Source of the DNA: an uncultured delta proteobacterium
GTDB taxonomy: Bacteria > Myxococcota > Myxococcia > Myxococcales > Myxococcaceae
Assembly: GCA_963713045.1 (NCBI GenBank)
Contig: CAVQKE010000003.1
Coordinates: forward strand, 800,001-864,000
DNA: 64,000 nt
Direction: 5' to 3'
Shown: piece after piece, positions 40,067 to 48,997 of the stretch
How positions within the stretch are numbered: position 1 is the stretch's first letter
Layout of the letters: the number at the start of each line of letters is the position of its first letter
Position numbers and translations under genes: made by a program
Notes under the pieces: generated by a model
The model's database searches: none
What the model was told of the DNA's origin: nothing
What the model saw: only the letters and a program-made list of their open reading frames with translations

Positions 40067-41749
40067 CTACTGCTCCATTTGGCGGATCAGCTTCTCCACC
40101 TCCTCGAAGGCGGGCAGGCCCGCCGCGTCCTCGGCGCCGAGGTCTTCGTCCCCATGCGCCTCGGACCACCAGCGCCGCTGCAGCGCGCGCAGCGCCTGGG
40201 CCTGCCCCGGGTGCCGCTGCGCCAGCAAGTCGGTGAGGCTGCTCGAGTCGGCCCAGCCCCAGCGGTGGGCATCGACGTAGGCGCGCAAGTCCCGAACGAA
40301 GGCACTGTCGCCCAACATCGCGCGTTGACGGGCGTGGAGACCGGGTGCCTTGCCGTAGACCAGCGCGGCGTAGCTCGTCTCGTCTGCGAAGGCGGACGTC
40401 GCTCGGTCCGCGGCAGCGTCCTGTCCCCCGAGCGCCCGCCACATGTGGTAGCCGCCACTCACCTGCTGGGCGTCCACCGCCCGGGCGGCCTCCGCGCCGT
40501 GCGTCCACTCGACGGCCAGCAGCGCCACCGCCTGGGCCAGCGCCTCGTCCACCACGGGCGCGGCGATGGGGTCCGAGCCAACCAGGCCCGGAAACCACTG
40601 GTGGGCAAGCTCATGGGCGAGGGCGAAGTCGAGTAGCTCCCCGAACATGTCCGTTGCGCCCGGGGGCAGCTCGCTTTCGGAGATGCCGAGCGCCTGACCG
40701 GGATGTTCCACCAGCAGCACCAGCGGCGTGGACACCGTCACCAGGCCCGGAAATTCCATGCCGCCCGCCCCGCCGCTGAGTGGCGCGGCCACCACCCGCA
40801 GCGTGCGGTAGGGGGTGGGGCCGAGGCGGGCTTCCATCGCTTCAAGAAGGCCCGCGGCCTCGTCCAACAGGTGCTCGGCCGCGCGCGCCAGCTGCGCCGG
40901 GAAGAAGCTTTCGATGGTGAGGCCGGACAGCTCGCGCCGCGCGCTGCGGTAGCCATGCGTGACCAGGAGCACCACGTCTCGACTGGCAGCAATCCCGAAG
41001 CGAAAGCGGGTGCCGCCCTTGTCGGCCGGCGTCTCGCCGAGGGCCACCCCCGCCGACACCGCCTGCCAGCCGGCGGGCACGGTGACGGACAGCAGGACAT
41101 TGGCCGGGTCATACAGGGCGAGGTCGCCAATGCCGCTGGGGCCCGCGCCGTGGCTGCCGTCGGGCAAGGTGACCGGGGGCCTTGGAAGAATGCCCACCAG
41201 GCTGAGTGCGTCCGGCTGTGCACTGAAGGCACCGTGGTCGGCTTGGTGGCCCGAGCTGTCCGCGGACAGGGCTGAGAGGACGGAGGTGTCGGCCGCTCCC
41301 CGCGGAACGCGGGCCGACAACTGAAGCTCCACCCGCGCGAGCTCGCCCGCCGGAAGCGGCCTCGGGAATTCCACCCGCACCACGTCCTCCGTCACCGGGA
41401 CCAAGGTGGCGACTTCGCCATTCACCAGCGGTTGGTGGAGGCGCACCGGGTTACCGCCGAAGGCATTTGGCGTCAGGCGAAGTTCTAGGGAGCGGCTCGG
41501 CGTCTTGGGTGTCCAGCTGAGGGACACCTTGCCCACCACGCTGCGGTTCTCTGGGTCCACCGAAAGGTCCGCCTGGAGGAAGGGCAAGGCGGCCAGGGGG
41601 CCAAGCACGGCCTCGGCGCGAGCACGTTCGCCCTCTCGCAGCGACGTCAGGCAGGCCTGCACCTCGGGCGACGGCAGCTGGTCAGCGGCGCCTGCTGTCG
41701 ACGGAAGGGCGACCCACAGCGCAAGGAAGGAAGCGGCAGCGGCGCGCAT
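40067..41749 (-). CDS. Secreted gluzincin metallopeptidase (M1-like)
   Basis: Signal peptide; GGMEFPG; HELAHQWF...DEALA; VYGK; start re-called at ATG 41749. Confidence 0.82.
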   Translation of the reverse strand: MRAAAASFLALWVALPSTAGAADQLPSPEVQACLTSLREGERARAEAVLGPLAALPFLQADLSVDPENRSVVGKVSLSWTPKTPSRSLELRLTPNAFGGNPVRLHQPLVNGEVATLVPVTEDVVRVEFPRPLPAGELARVELQLSARVPRGAADTSVLSALSADSSGHQADHGAFSAQPDALSLVGILPRPPVTLPDGSHGAGPSGIGDLALYDPANVLLSVTVPAGWQAVSAGVALGETPADKGGTRFRFGIAASRDVVLLVTHGYRSARRELSGLTIESFFPAQLARAAEHLLDEAAGLLEAMEARLGPTPYRTLRVVAAPLSGGAGGMEFPGLVTVSTPLVLLVEHPGQALGISESELPPGATDMFGELLDFALAHELAHQWFPGLVGSDPIAAPVVDEALAQAVALLAVEWTHGAEAARAVDAQQVSGGYHMWRALGGQDAAADRATSAFADETSYAALVYGKAPGLHARQRAMLGDSAFVRDLRAYVDAHRWGWADSSSLTDLLAQRHPGQAQALRALQRRWWSEAHGDEDLGAEDAAGLPAFEEVEKLIRQMEQ

Positions 41750-42085
41750 GGAGGGCAGCGCCCATGCTAACAGCGCCACCCGCACGCGCGCGCCTTGGGC
41801 CCAAGGGGTGTGTGGTTCGCCCTCCTCCCTTTTCCGCCTGGTGGACTCAGGGCTGGTGCCGTCCCCCCTTGGGTAGGCAGAGGCCTCACCCCCTGGGGTT
41901 TTCGTCGACCATGGCGGACGGCCGCCACCGGGGGGGGGGCACCAAGCCAGGCCCCGTGTGGGGGGCGCTCTCCTCCCCCCCCGGGGCTTCCTAGGGCGAG
42001 GTGGCGCCTTCAGGCACCGCTGATGCGGCGACTTGCCAGCGACCAACCTTCGCGCCGCAAGGGGCGGTCGGCCTGGCAGACTAAA

Positions 42086-42604
42086 ATGCGAAGGCGAGCT
42101 TCTTCCCCCGCCGTGCGTCCACTGGCTTTCCTCCTGCTTCTCGCTGCCTGCGCCGCCCCGCCCGCCCCGCCTGCGCCGCTGGCCCCGGCCACTGCGCCCC
42201 CGACTCTCCCAGCCCCTGCGCCAAGCCCGCTGGAGGGCTGCCCGAAGGACTTCACCGGGCTGTGGCGACACAGCCAGGACGACGGCTACCGCTACCTCGC
42301 GCGAGACGACGGAGGCGTGGTCGTCCTGGACGTCCGCCATGCGGTGGCGGACGGTGGCTTCGAAACGGCGCAGTTGGTGCTCGTCCGCTCGCCTTCCAGC
42401 TTCCTCGGCGCCGTGGCTGTGGCCCACATGCACGCCGACGCCGGGTGCGTCGCATTTTTCCCGGTGGAGGTGGTCCAGTGCGCCGACGGGGGCGTGGTGC
42501 TGTCCACCGTGGAGCGCCTCCGGGTGGACGCCGACTGTCGAGCCGTCGCGCCCGGCGTCTACCACCAGCACCGGCTGGTGCGGGTGACGCAAGACGGAGG
42601 ATAA
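42086..42604 (+). CDS. Hypothetical lipoprotein
   Basis: LLLLAAC lipobox, Pro-rich linker, small Cys-containing beta domain. Confidence 0.65.
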   Translation: MRRRASSPAVRPLAFLLLLAACAAPPAPPAPLAPATAPPTLPAPAPSPLEGCPKDFTGLWRHSQDDGYRYLARDDGGVVVLDVRHAVADGGFETAQLVLVRSPSSFLGAVAVAHMHADAGCVAFFPVEVVQCADGGVVLSTVERLRVDADCRAVAPGVYHQHRLVRVTQDGG

Positions 42605-42662
42605 GCGCGTCTGACTTGGGGGGGACGGCGCCGCGCACTGGGGAAGAGGCGGCTCCGGCCCG

Positions 42663-44162
42663 CTAGGCCTCGGCGGTCAACGGCACGCGGACTTCGCGTC
42701 CCATGGGCATCCGCCCTTGGAAAAGGCTCATCAGCCCCACGTACAGAAAGCCCACCTGGAAGAGCACCAGGAAGGGGACCGACGTCCAGATGCCCGCGTC
42801 CACGGCAAACCACAGCGCGCCGGTGAAGTAGACGCCGAAGCCGAGCTCCACCAGAGGCATCAGGGTTTTCTTGCCACGGTAACCGCGCTTCACCGAGCCG
42901 AGAGACTCCTTGCCTTCGCTGCCCGTCTTCGGGGTGCGGGTGAAGCCGCTTTCCTGGCTGAGGAGCGCTTCCACCACGGCCTTGGCATTGTTGATGGCGA
43001 GGCCGATGCCCAAGGACATGAGGAAGGGCAGGTACCGCAAGCGCTCCCACCAGTTGAGACCCTGCTCTCTCTGGGCGGTGATGTAGAAGAAGCACACCGA
43101 GGCGGTGGCGGTGATGCAGAAGGGTAAGTCCAGGAAAAGAGTCGAGTAAAGCCCGTGGTTGAAGCGCACCACCATCGACAGTGGCATCAGCACCGAGAGC
43201 AGCACCATCAGCAGGTAGGCCAGGTTGTTGGTGAGGTGAAAGAAGGCCTCCTGTTTGAGGGCGAAGGGCAGGTTACTGCGCAGGATGCTGGGGAGCAGCT
43301 TGCGCGCCGTCTGGATGGACCCCTTGGCCCAGCGGTGCTGCTGACTCTTGAAGGCATTCATGTCCACCGGGACCTCGGCCGGCGACACCACGTCCGGGAG
43401 AAACACGAATTGCCAGCCGCGCAGCTGCGCGCGGTAGCTGAGGTCGAGGTCCTCGGTCAGGGTGTCATGCTGCCAGCCGCCGGCGTCACTGATGCAGGCC
43501 CGCCGCCAGATGCCCGCCGTGCCGTTGAAGTTGAAGAAGCACCCCGAGCGGTTCCGGGCGGTGTGCTCGATGATGAAGTGGCCGTCGAGGAAGATGCTTT
43601 GGGCCTGGGTGAGGATGGAAAAGTCCCGATTGAGGTGGCCCCAGCGCACCTGCACCATCCCCACCTTCTCATCGGCAAAGAAGGGGACGGTGCGCTCGAG
43701 GAAGTCGGGCGTCGGGACGAAGTCGGCGTCGAAGACGGCGACGAAGTCGCCGGTGGCCTGCGTCAGGCCGTGGGCCAAGGCGCCCGCTTTGAAGCCGAGA
43801 CGGTTGGTGCGGTGGACGTAAAAAATGTGAGTCCCGTGCGCACGGGCCCGCTCCACGACAGCGCGTGCGATGGCGGACGTCTCGTCGGTCGAGTCATCCA
43901 GCACCTGCACTTCCAGAAGCTCCCGCGGGTAGCTAATCCGGCACACCGCCTCAATCAGCCGCTCCACGACGTACATTTCGTTGAAGACCGGCAGCTGGAT
44001 GGTCACCCGCGGCAGCTGAGCCAGGCGGCCGTTGGGCGTGGGGAGGTTGAATTTGTGTCGGTAATACAAAAACGCCATCCGGTAGCGGTGTGACCCATAC
44101 ACGGCCAAAACGCAGAGGACGGCGAAGTAGACGCCGAGGAAAACGAATTCGACGGTAGTCAT
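42663..44162 (-). CDS. GT2 processive glycosyltransferase (cellulose-synthase-like)
   Basis: QLPVFNE, LDDSTD, GFKAGAL, FDADF, TEDLD, QQHRW (D,D,D,QxxRW); C-terminal TMs. Confidence 0.92.
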   Translation of the reverse strand: MTTVEFVFLGVYFAVLCVLAVYGSHRYRMAFLYYRHKFNLPTPNGRLAQLPRVTIQLPVFNEMYVVERLIEAVCRISYPRELLEVQVLDDSTDETSAIARAVVERARAHGTHIFYVHRTNRLGFKAGALAHGLTQATGDFVAVFDADFVPTPDFLERTVPFFADEKVGMVQVRWGHLNRDFSILTQAQSIFLDGHFIIEHTARNRSGCFFNFNGTAGIWRRACISDAGGWQHDTLTEDLDLSYRAQLRGWQFVFLPDVVSPAEVPVDMNAFKSQQHRWAKGSIQTARKLLPSILRSNLPFALKQEAFFHLTNNLAYLLMVLLSVLMPLSMVVRFNHGLYSTLFLDLPFCITATASVCFFYITAQREQGLNWWERLRYLPFLMSLGIGLAINNAKAVVEALLSQESGFTRTPKTGSEGKESLGSVKRGYRGKKTLMPLVELGFGVYFTGALWFAVDAGIWTSVPFLVLFQVGFLYVGLMSLFQGRMPMGREVRVPLTAEA

Positions 44163-44318
44163 CTTTGGCGCAGGCCCCTCCCGCAAGACGCTTTCTTGCG
44201 GTTCGCTTCACGACCGCCGAGGGACAGCAATCACCCCTCAGGCCCCCCGCCCCAGGGCCCCAACGGCTGGCGTCTCCGATGTCTGCCGCCTCCCCTTCCC
44301 TGGATGCGGCGGCGCGGG

Positions 44319-44347
44319 ACAATAGGGATCGAGCCTTCCGCTGTCAA
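44319..44347 (-). promoter_or_regulatory. Putative sigma70 promoter for the GT2 gene
   Basis: Minus-strand TTGACA, 17-nt spacer, TATTGT in the ctpA-GT2 intergenic region. Confidence 0.55.
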
Positions 44348-44428
44348 ACGATTCTAGCGATTCCGATGGCTTACAAGGGCAGCCCCGGCTCGCTTTTGAC
44401 GTTTCGCGTCAGACTTCGAGAGTCCACC

Positions 44429-45823
44429 TTACGGACCTCCGCTGCGGGACGGCGAGTTCTGTGCCGACGGCGGGGCAGCCAGGTTGGCTTGGGGCGGGTC
44501 AGAGGCGACCGCGGCGGTGGACTTTCCTTGGGCCTCGGTGGCGCTGTCGTGCAGGTAATTGAGGGCCAAGCGCAGCTGTTCGTCGTTGAGACCCGCGGTC
44601 AGCGTCCAGTCGCGTGCCTGAAGCACCCGGGGGACTCGGGCGTCGGTGGTGCCCTCGTTGCGCAGGTGGTGCCGTAAGTCCTTCTCCCGAGGCAGGTGCG
44701 CCGGGGCGCTATCGCGGCTGTCGGCGACCACGACGTCGGGCTGAATACCGTATTCCTGGATGCTCCGGCCCTTCGGGGTGAAGTAGCGGGCAATGGTCAG
44801 CTTGAGCCCGCTGCCATCCTCCAATTCGATGACGGTTTGGACCGAGCCCTTTCCAAAGGTGGGCGTCCCGATGATGAGGGCGCGCGCGTGGTCCTGCAGC
44901 GCGCCGGCGACAATCTCCGCTGCCGAGGCGCAGCCGCCGTTCACCAGCACGACCAGTGGGTAGGGTTTCTCGGTGTCCCGATCGTGACTCTTTTCCTCGG
45001 TGACGTTGTGCGCCCCCCGCCCGCGGGTGGTGACGATGGTCAGCTTTCCAGGAAGAAAGCGGTCGCTCACCGCCACCGCTTGGTCCAACAAACCGCCGGG
45101 GTTGTTGCGCAAGTCGAGCACCAGACCGCGCAGTTCACGCCCGCCGTTGAGGCCGCGGAGTCGGTCCAATTCGCGCTTCAGGTAGCTGTCGGTGCGCTCC
45201 TGGAAATTCTTCAGCTTCACGTAGCCAATGTTCCCGTACAGCGTGCCTTCGGCCGAGATGATGCGCACGTGGTCTCGCAGGATGGTGATGTCCTGGGGCT
45301 GGGTAAAGCCAGGCCGCATCAGGGTGAGTGTGACGCGCTTTCCGGCTGGTCCGCGCATTTTGGCCGCAGCACGCGCCACGTCCATGGCCTTGGTGCTCTC
45401 ACCGTCGATGGCGAGAATTTCGTCACCGGCGCGAACGCCGGCGCGGGCCGCGGGGGTGTCGTCCACCGGCGCCACCACCACCAGCAGGTCCCCCTTCTTG
45501 GCGATGTCCAAGCCGAGTCCTCCAAATTCGCCGGAGGTGTCAATCTTCATTTCTTTGAAGACGTCGGGCGGCATGAAGACGGTGTGCGGGTCGAGCGTGT
45601 CGAGCATCCCCTTGATGGCGCCGTAGATGAGCTGTTTGTCGTCCACCTTCTCGACGTAGTTGTTCTGCACGTAGCTCAGGACCCGGGCGAACAGCTCCAG
45701 CTGCTTGTAGGTGCTCGCCTCCTCTTGCGCCGAGGGGGGCGCGGCGGCCGGCGGTGTAGGAGGGGCGGCAAGAGCCTGCGCCGTAGAAAGCAGCAGCAAG
45801 GCGGCGGCAGTGGTGAAACGCAC
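44429..45823 (-). CDS. ctpA: S41 carboxyl-terminal processing protease (PDZ + S41)
   Basis: LDPHT, GEFGGLG, DLRNNPGGLL, ASAAEIVAGALQD, GKGSVQ, ARYFTPKG. Confidence 0.93.
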   Translation of the reverse strand: MRFTTAAALLLLSTAQALAAPPTPPAAAPPSAQEEASTYKQLELFARVLSYVQNNYVEKVDDKQLIYGAIKGMLDTLDPHTVFMPPDVFKEMKIDTSGEFGGLGLDIAKKGDLLVVVAPVDDTPAARAGVRAGDEILAIDGESTKAMDVARAAAKMRGPAGKRVTLTLMRPGFTQPQDITILRDHVRIISAEGTLYGNIGYVKLKNFQERTDSYLKRELDRLRGLNGGRELRGLVLDLRNNPGGLLDQAVAVSDRFLPGKLTIVTTRGRGAHNVTEEKSHDRDTEKPYPLVVLVNGGCASAAEIVAGALQDHARALIIGTPTFGKGSVQTVIELEDGSGLKLTIARYFTPKGRSIQEYGIQPDVVVADSRDSAPAHLPREKDLRHHLRNEGTTDARVPRVLQARDWTLTAGLNDEQLRLALNYLHDSATEAQGKSTAAVASDPPQANLAAPPSAQNSPSRSGGP

Positions 45824-45918
45824 GGGGCTTCAGCTTAGTCCACCGCCCGACCGCCGCGCGACAACGGGCAAGCAGCCGGCGCCTCGGCGCAAGGCCTCGT
45901 TCGCCACGGCTCTTCCAA

Positions 45919-45938
45919 ATAATACGTAAACGTAATAT
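45919..45938. promoter_or_regulatory. Palindromic operator upstream of marR (probable autoregulatory site)
   Basis: ATAATACGT-AA-ACGTAATAT inverted repeat (1 mismatch) in an AT-rich patch 10 nt before the marR ATG. Confidence 0.55.
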
Positions 45939-45948
45939 ACGTTAACGG

Positions 45949-46419
45949 ATGAAACCGAGCGTCCGGCGCCTGTCCCTCGTTCCCGGCGTGCACCGCGCCA
46001 CCCACCGCATCGGCCTGTGGCTGGAGGCGGCCCAGCCGCCGCTCGACGTCACCCAGGGCGAAGCGCACCTGCTCGCACACCTCGCCGAAGCCGGGCCGTG
46101 CTCGGTGGCTGAACTGCATCGCGCCTTCGCCCACAAGCGCTCTTCCCTCACCACCTATCTCGACCGGCTGGAAGGCCGGGGATACGTCTCTCGCACCCCC
46201 CACCCCGCGGACCGCCGCTCGTTTCTCGTCTCGCTGACCGCCTCGGGTAGCTCCGCCGCGGCACGCGTGCACCGCCGTCTGGGGGCGCTCGAAGCGGCGG
46301 CGCTGCGGCGCCTCAGCGAGCGGGACATCCATGCCCTGCGGGCCGCGCTTCAGGCCCTACAGGACGCGACCGAGGCGGCCTCTCAAAAGTCCAACCAGAA
46401 GAAAGGAAGTGCCCCATGA
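45949..46419 (+). CDS. MarR-family transcriptional regulator
   Basis: SVAEL, SSLTTYLDRLEGRGYVSR..HPADRRSFLVSLTASG. Confidence 0.9.
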   Translation: MKPSVRRLSLVPGVHRATHRIGLWLEAAQPPLDVTQGEAHLLAHLAEAGPCSVAELHRAFAHKRSSLTTYLDRLEGRGYVSRTPHPADRRSFLVSLTASGSSAAARVHRRLGALEAAALRRLSERDIHALRAALQALQDATEAASQKSNQKKGSAP

Positions 46420-46949
46420 CGGCTCTCTTGGCGGTGCTGGCAGCCTCCGAAGTCCTGGTCCCGCCGACCTCCGAGGTCACCCTCCAGCGGGTGACGCGGG
46501 TGGGCCGACAGACGTGGGACGCGCCGGCGGAGCGCGTCTTGCCGCTCCTCACGCCGCAGGGAGAGGCCGCCTGGGCGCTGGGCTGGAAACCGGACATCCG
46601 TTGGCAGGCCCCAGGCAATGGCGAAGGCACCCTCTTCGTCACCCGCACCCATCACCACGACGAAGTGGTGTGGGTGCTGCAGACGTGGGACGCCGCGGCG
46701 GGCCGGGTGGCCTACAGCCACCTTTTACCCGGCGTCCTGTTGGTCGAGCTCAGCGTCGTGCTCACCCCGCTGCCCCAAGGGAAGACACGCGGCGAAGTCC
46801 GCTACACCTACACCGCGCTGTCCGAGCGGGGCAACGCGCGGGTCGCGGAAATGACGGAGGAGCACTTCGTGGCCTTCATGCGGGATTGGGAGTCGCAGCT
46901 GAACCATTTCCTCCGGACCGGCCGGAAACTGGATGCGCCCCAGCCGTGA
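46416..46949 (+). CDS. Hypothetical protein, possibly SRPBCC/START fold
   Basis: ATGA-coupled to marR; PAERVLPLLTP..E..W..GW pattern and C-terminal helix W...LNHFL. Confidence 0.6.
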   Translation: MTALLAVLAASEVLVPPTSEVTLQRVTRVGRQTWDAPAERVLPLLTPQGEAAWALGWKPDIRWQAPGNGEGTLFVTRTHHHDEVVWVLQTWDAAAGRVAYSHLLPGVLLVELSVVLTPLPQGKTRGEVRYTYTALSERGNARVAEMTEEHFVAFMRDWESQLNHFLRTGRKLDAPQP

Positions 46950-47811
46950 CACCGAGCAGTCCGGACTCCTCTGCAAAATCCTCCAGGCGCCGCACCATTT
47001 CCCGGGGGCGCTCCATCTGCAGCACGTGCCCCACCGCCTCCACCACCTCAATGCGCGCGCTGGCCGGTAGGTGCTGGCGAAAATAGGCCAAGGTCTCAGC
47101 CGGAAGCAGCTTCTCGCTTCTGCCCCACAAGAGGAGCGTCGGCACCGCCACCCGCGCCAGGTCCTCCGGGGACAGGTGGTTCTCCAACGTCGCCTCGGCG
47201 CGGGTGGCCCGCACCGACGGGGTGTTGTGCACCTTGGGCATCTGCGGGGCGAAGAGAAGCGCCATCACCGGCGCGCGGTGAAAGAGGCGACGGGTGAAGG
47301 CCAGCCCCTGGCAGGCGGTGTTCACCTCGAGTCGCCCCATCAACTCCGCGAAGCGCTCCGGCGGAAGGCGCGCCCCGGCCGGCGCCAGGAGCCCGAGGGC
47401 ACACACGTCCTGCGGGTGCTGGACGGCCAGCGTCAGTACCAGCGCGCCGCCCAGCGAGTTGCCCACCACCAGCGCCGGCTCTCGCACCACCTGCTGACAA
47501 AAGGCATGAAGGACAGCCAGGTACCCTTCGAGCGAAAGCGGCCCGGAGTCAGGCAGCGGGGAAAACCCGTTGCCGGGCAAGTCCAGGGCGTAGACGCAGG
47601 AGAAGCGCGCGGCCAGCCCAAGCAGCATCCGGGCAAATCCGTTGGCGTTGCCGGCGAGCCCGTGCACCAGCACCACCGGAGCTCCCTGCCCCCGTCCGGC
47701 AAGTCGGTAGAAGTGCACGGCGTGCCCACCGACGCTGCGGACGGAAGCCTCGACGCCTCGCGCCACCAGGGCTCGGCGCACCACGCGGTGCAATAGCTTC
47801 AGGAGGTCCAT
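46876..47811 (-). CDS. Alpha/beta fold hydrolase
   Basis: LVHGL, DLPGNGFS, GNSLGG nucleophile elbow, LLWG, GHVLQME; start re-called at ATG 47811. Confidence 0.88.
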   Translation of the reverse strand: MDLLKLLHRVVRRALVARGVEASVRSVGGHAVHFYRLAGRGQGAPVVLVHGLAGNANGFARMLLGLAARFSCVYALDLPGNGFSPLPDSGPLSLEGYLAVLHAFCQQVVREPALVVGNSLGGALVLTLAVQHPQDVCALGLLAPAGARLPPERFAELMGRLEVNTACQGLAFTRRLFHRAPVMALLFAPQMPKVHNTPSVRATRAEATLENHLSPEDLARVAVPTLLLWGRSEKLLPAETLAYFRQHLPASARIEVVEAVGHVLQMERPREMVRRLEDFAEESGLLGVTAGAHPVSGRSGGNGSAATPNPA

Positions 47812-47830
47812 GGGCCGGGGCCTCGACTTC

Positions 47831-48997
47831 CTAGCGCACTTCGCCCTGCGGGGCTGTGGCCTGCTGGCCTGACGCCCGGTTGAAGGCTGCGGCCCCGAGC
47901 CAAGGCGCGGGGTCCACCGCCAGGCCCTCGCGACGAATTTCAAAGTAGAGCACCGGACCCTGCAGCGAGCCGGTGTCACCCACCGTCCCCAACACGTCCC
48001 CTTCGAAGACGTGGGTCCCCAAGGCCCTCATCACTTCGGCGAGGTGCGCCACCACCGAATGGTAGCCGTCCCCGTGGTCTAGGATGACAACGTTGCCGTA
48101 GCCCCGCATCCACCCCGTCCAGGCCACCGTCCCGGGGGCGACCGCCCGCACCGGTGTGCCGCTGGGGGCGCGGATGTCGATGCCGCGGCGCAGAGTCACC
48201 GTGTTGAAGCGCGGCTCGAGCACCTTGCCGAAGCCAGCTTCAATGTGCCCGGGCGCGGGCAGGGGGAGCCGTCCGCGCAGTGCTCCAAAGCCGGTGGTTT
48301 CCGGACGGGCGTCGAGCTCGGCCACCAGCTGGTCAAGCCGGCTCTGGGCTCGGTCCAGCTCGGCCAGAACGCCGCGGCTGGCGCGCGCCTTGGCCTGAAG
48401 CAGCAGCAGCGCCTCGGAGAGCTCGCCCTTCTGTTCGACCGCCTCGGCGCTTTCTTCCCGCAGCCCGTCCAGGCGCTCGGCGAGGGAGACCTTCAGCCCA
48501 TCCAACTCGGCGAGCGAGGCCTTCTGAAGGTCGGCCACCGCGCGCATCTCCTGCAGCGCCGCAACGTCGCCGTCAACCAGCGTGGAGAGCGCCCGAGTCC
48601 GCCATACCAGCGAGGCCAAGTCCTGCGCCGGAAGCAGCACTTCGAGCGCGCTCCTCCGGGTGAGGCGGTCCAGCGCCCAGAGGCGCGGCTCCATTTCAGT
48701 GACCCGGGCTTCGAGGACGGCGCGGGCCAGCGCCTCCTGCACCTCGGCAGTCGCCAGACGTCCGCGGAGCGCGCGGACTTGCGCGGCCAGCGTGTCCGCC
48801 CGAGACGCGGCCCCGCGGGCCAGGCGCTCATAAACGTCCAGCACCGCCAGGGTGCTGCCCTGTTGGGCATGCAGCAGGGCAAGGGCCGCCCGTTGAGCGG
48901 CCAGCCGTTGCTCTCCTCGGGTGCGTTCGGCCCGGACGTCCTCCCCCCAGGCCGTACCCACGCCGAGAAGCAACAGCACCCGCAGGGCCGCTCTCAT
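47831..48997 (-). CDS. envC: Murein hydrolase activator EnvC (coiled coil + degenerate M23)
   Basis: Signal peptide, coiled coil, GIDIRAP, GYGNVVILDHG, LYFEIR (no HxH zinc ligands); follows ftsX. Confidence 0.88.
   Translation of the reverse strand: MRAALRVLLLLGVGTAWGEDVRAERTRGEQRLAAQRAALALLHAQQGSTLAVLDVYERLARGAASRADTLAAQVRALRGRLATAEVQEALARAVLEARVTEMEPRLWALDRLTRRSALEVLLPAQDLASLVWRTRALSTLVDGDVAALQEMRAVADLQKASLAELDGLKVSLAERLDGLREESAEAVEQKGELSEALLLLQAKARASRGVLAELDRAQSRLDQLVAELDARPETTGFGALRGRLPLPAPGHIEAGFGKVLEPRFNTVTLRRGIDIRAPSGTPVRAVAPGTVAWTGWMRGYGNVVILDHGDGYHSVVAHLAEVMRALGTHVFEGDVLGTVGDTGSLQGPVLYFEIRREGLAVDPAPWLGAAAFNRASGQQATAPQGEVR

Noticed and set aside
41715..41745. GGAAGGAAGCGGCAGC resembling the SRP RNA domain IV loop, close to ftsY
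   Set aside because: It lacks the surrounding SRP helix (CAGG...GCAGC pairing) and lies antisense to the peptidase signal-peptide codons
46876..46949. 74-nt convergent overlap between the hydrolase and the SRPBCC-like gene
   Set aside because: The overlapping hydrolase tail is low-complexity; this is most likely simple stop-codon drift
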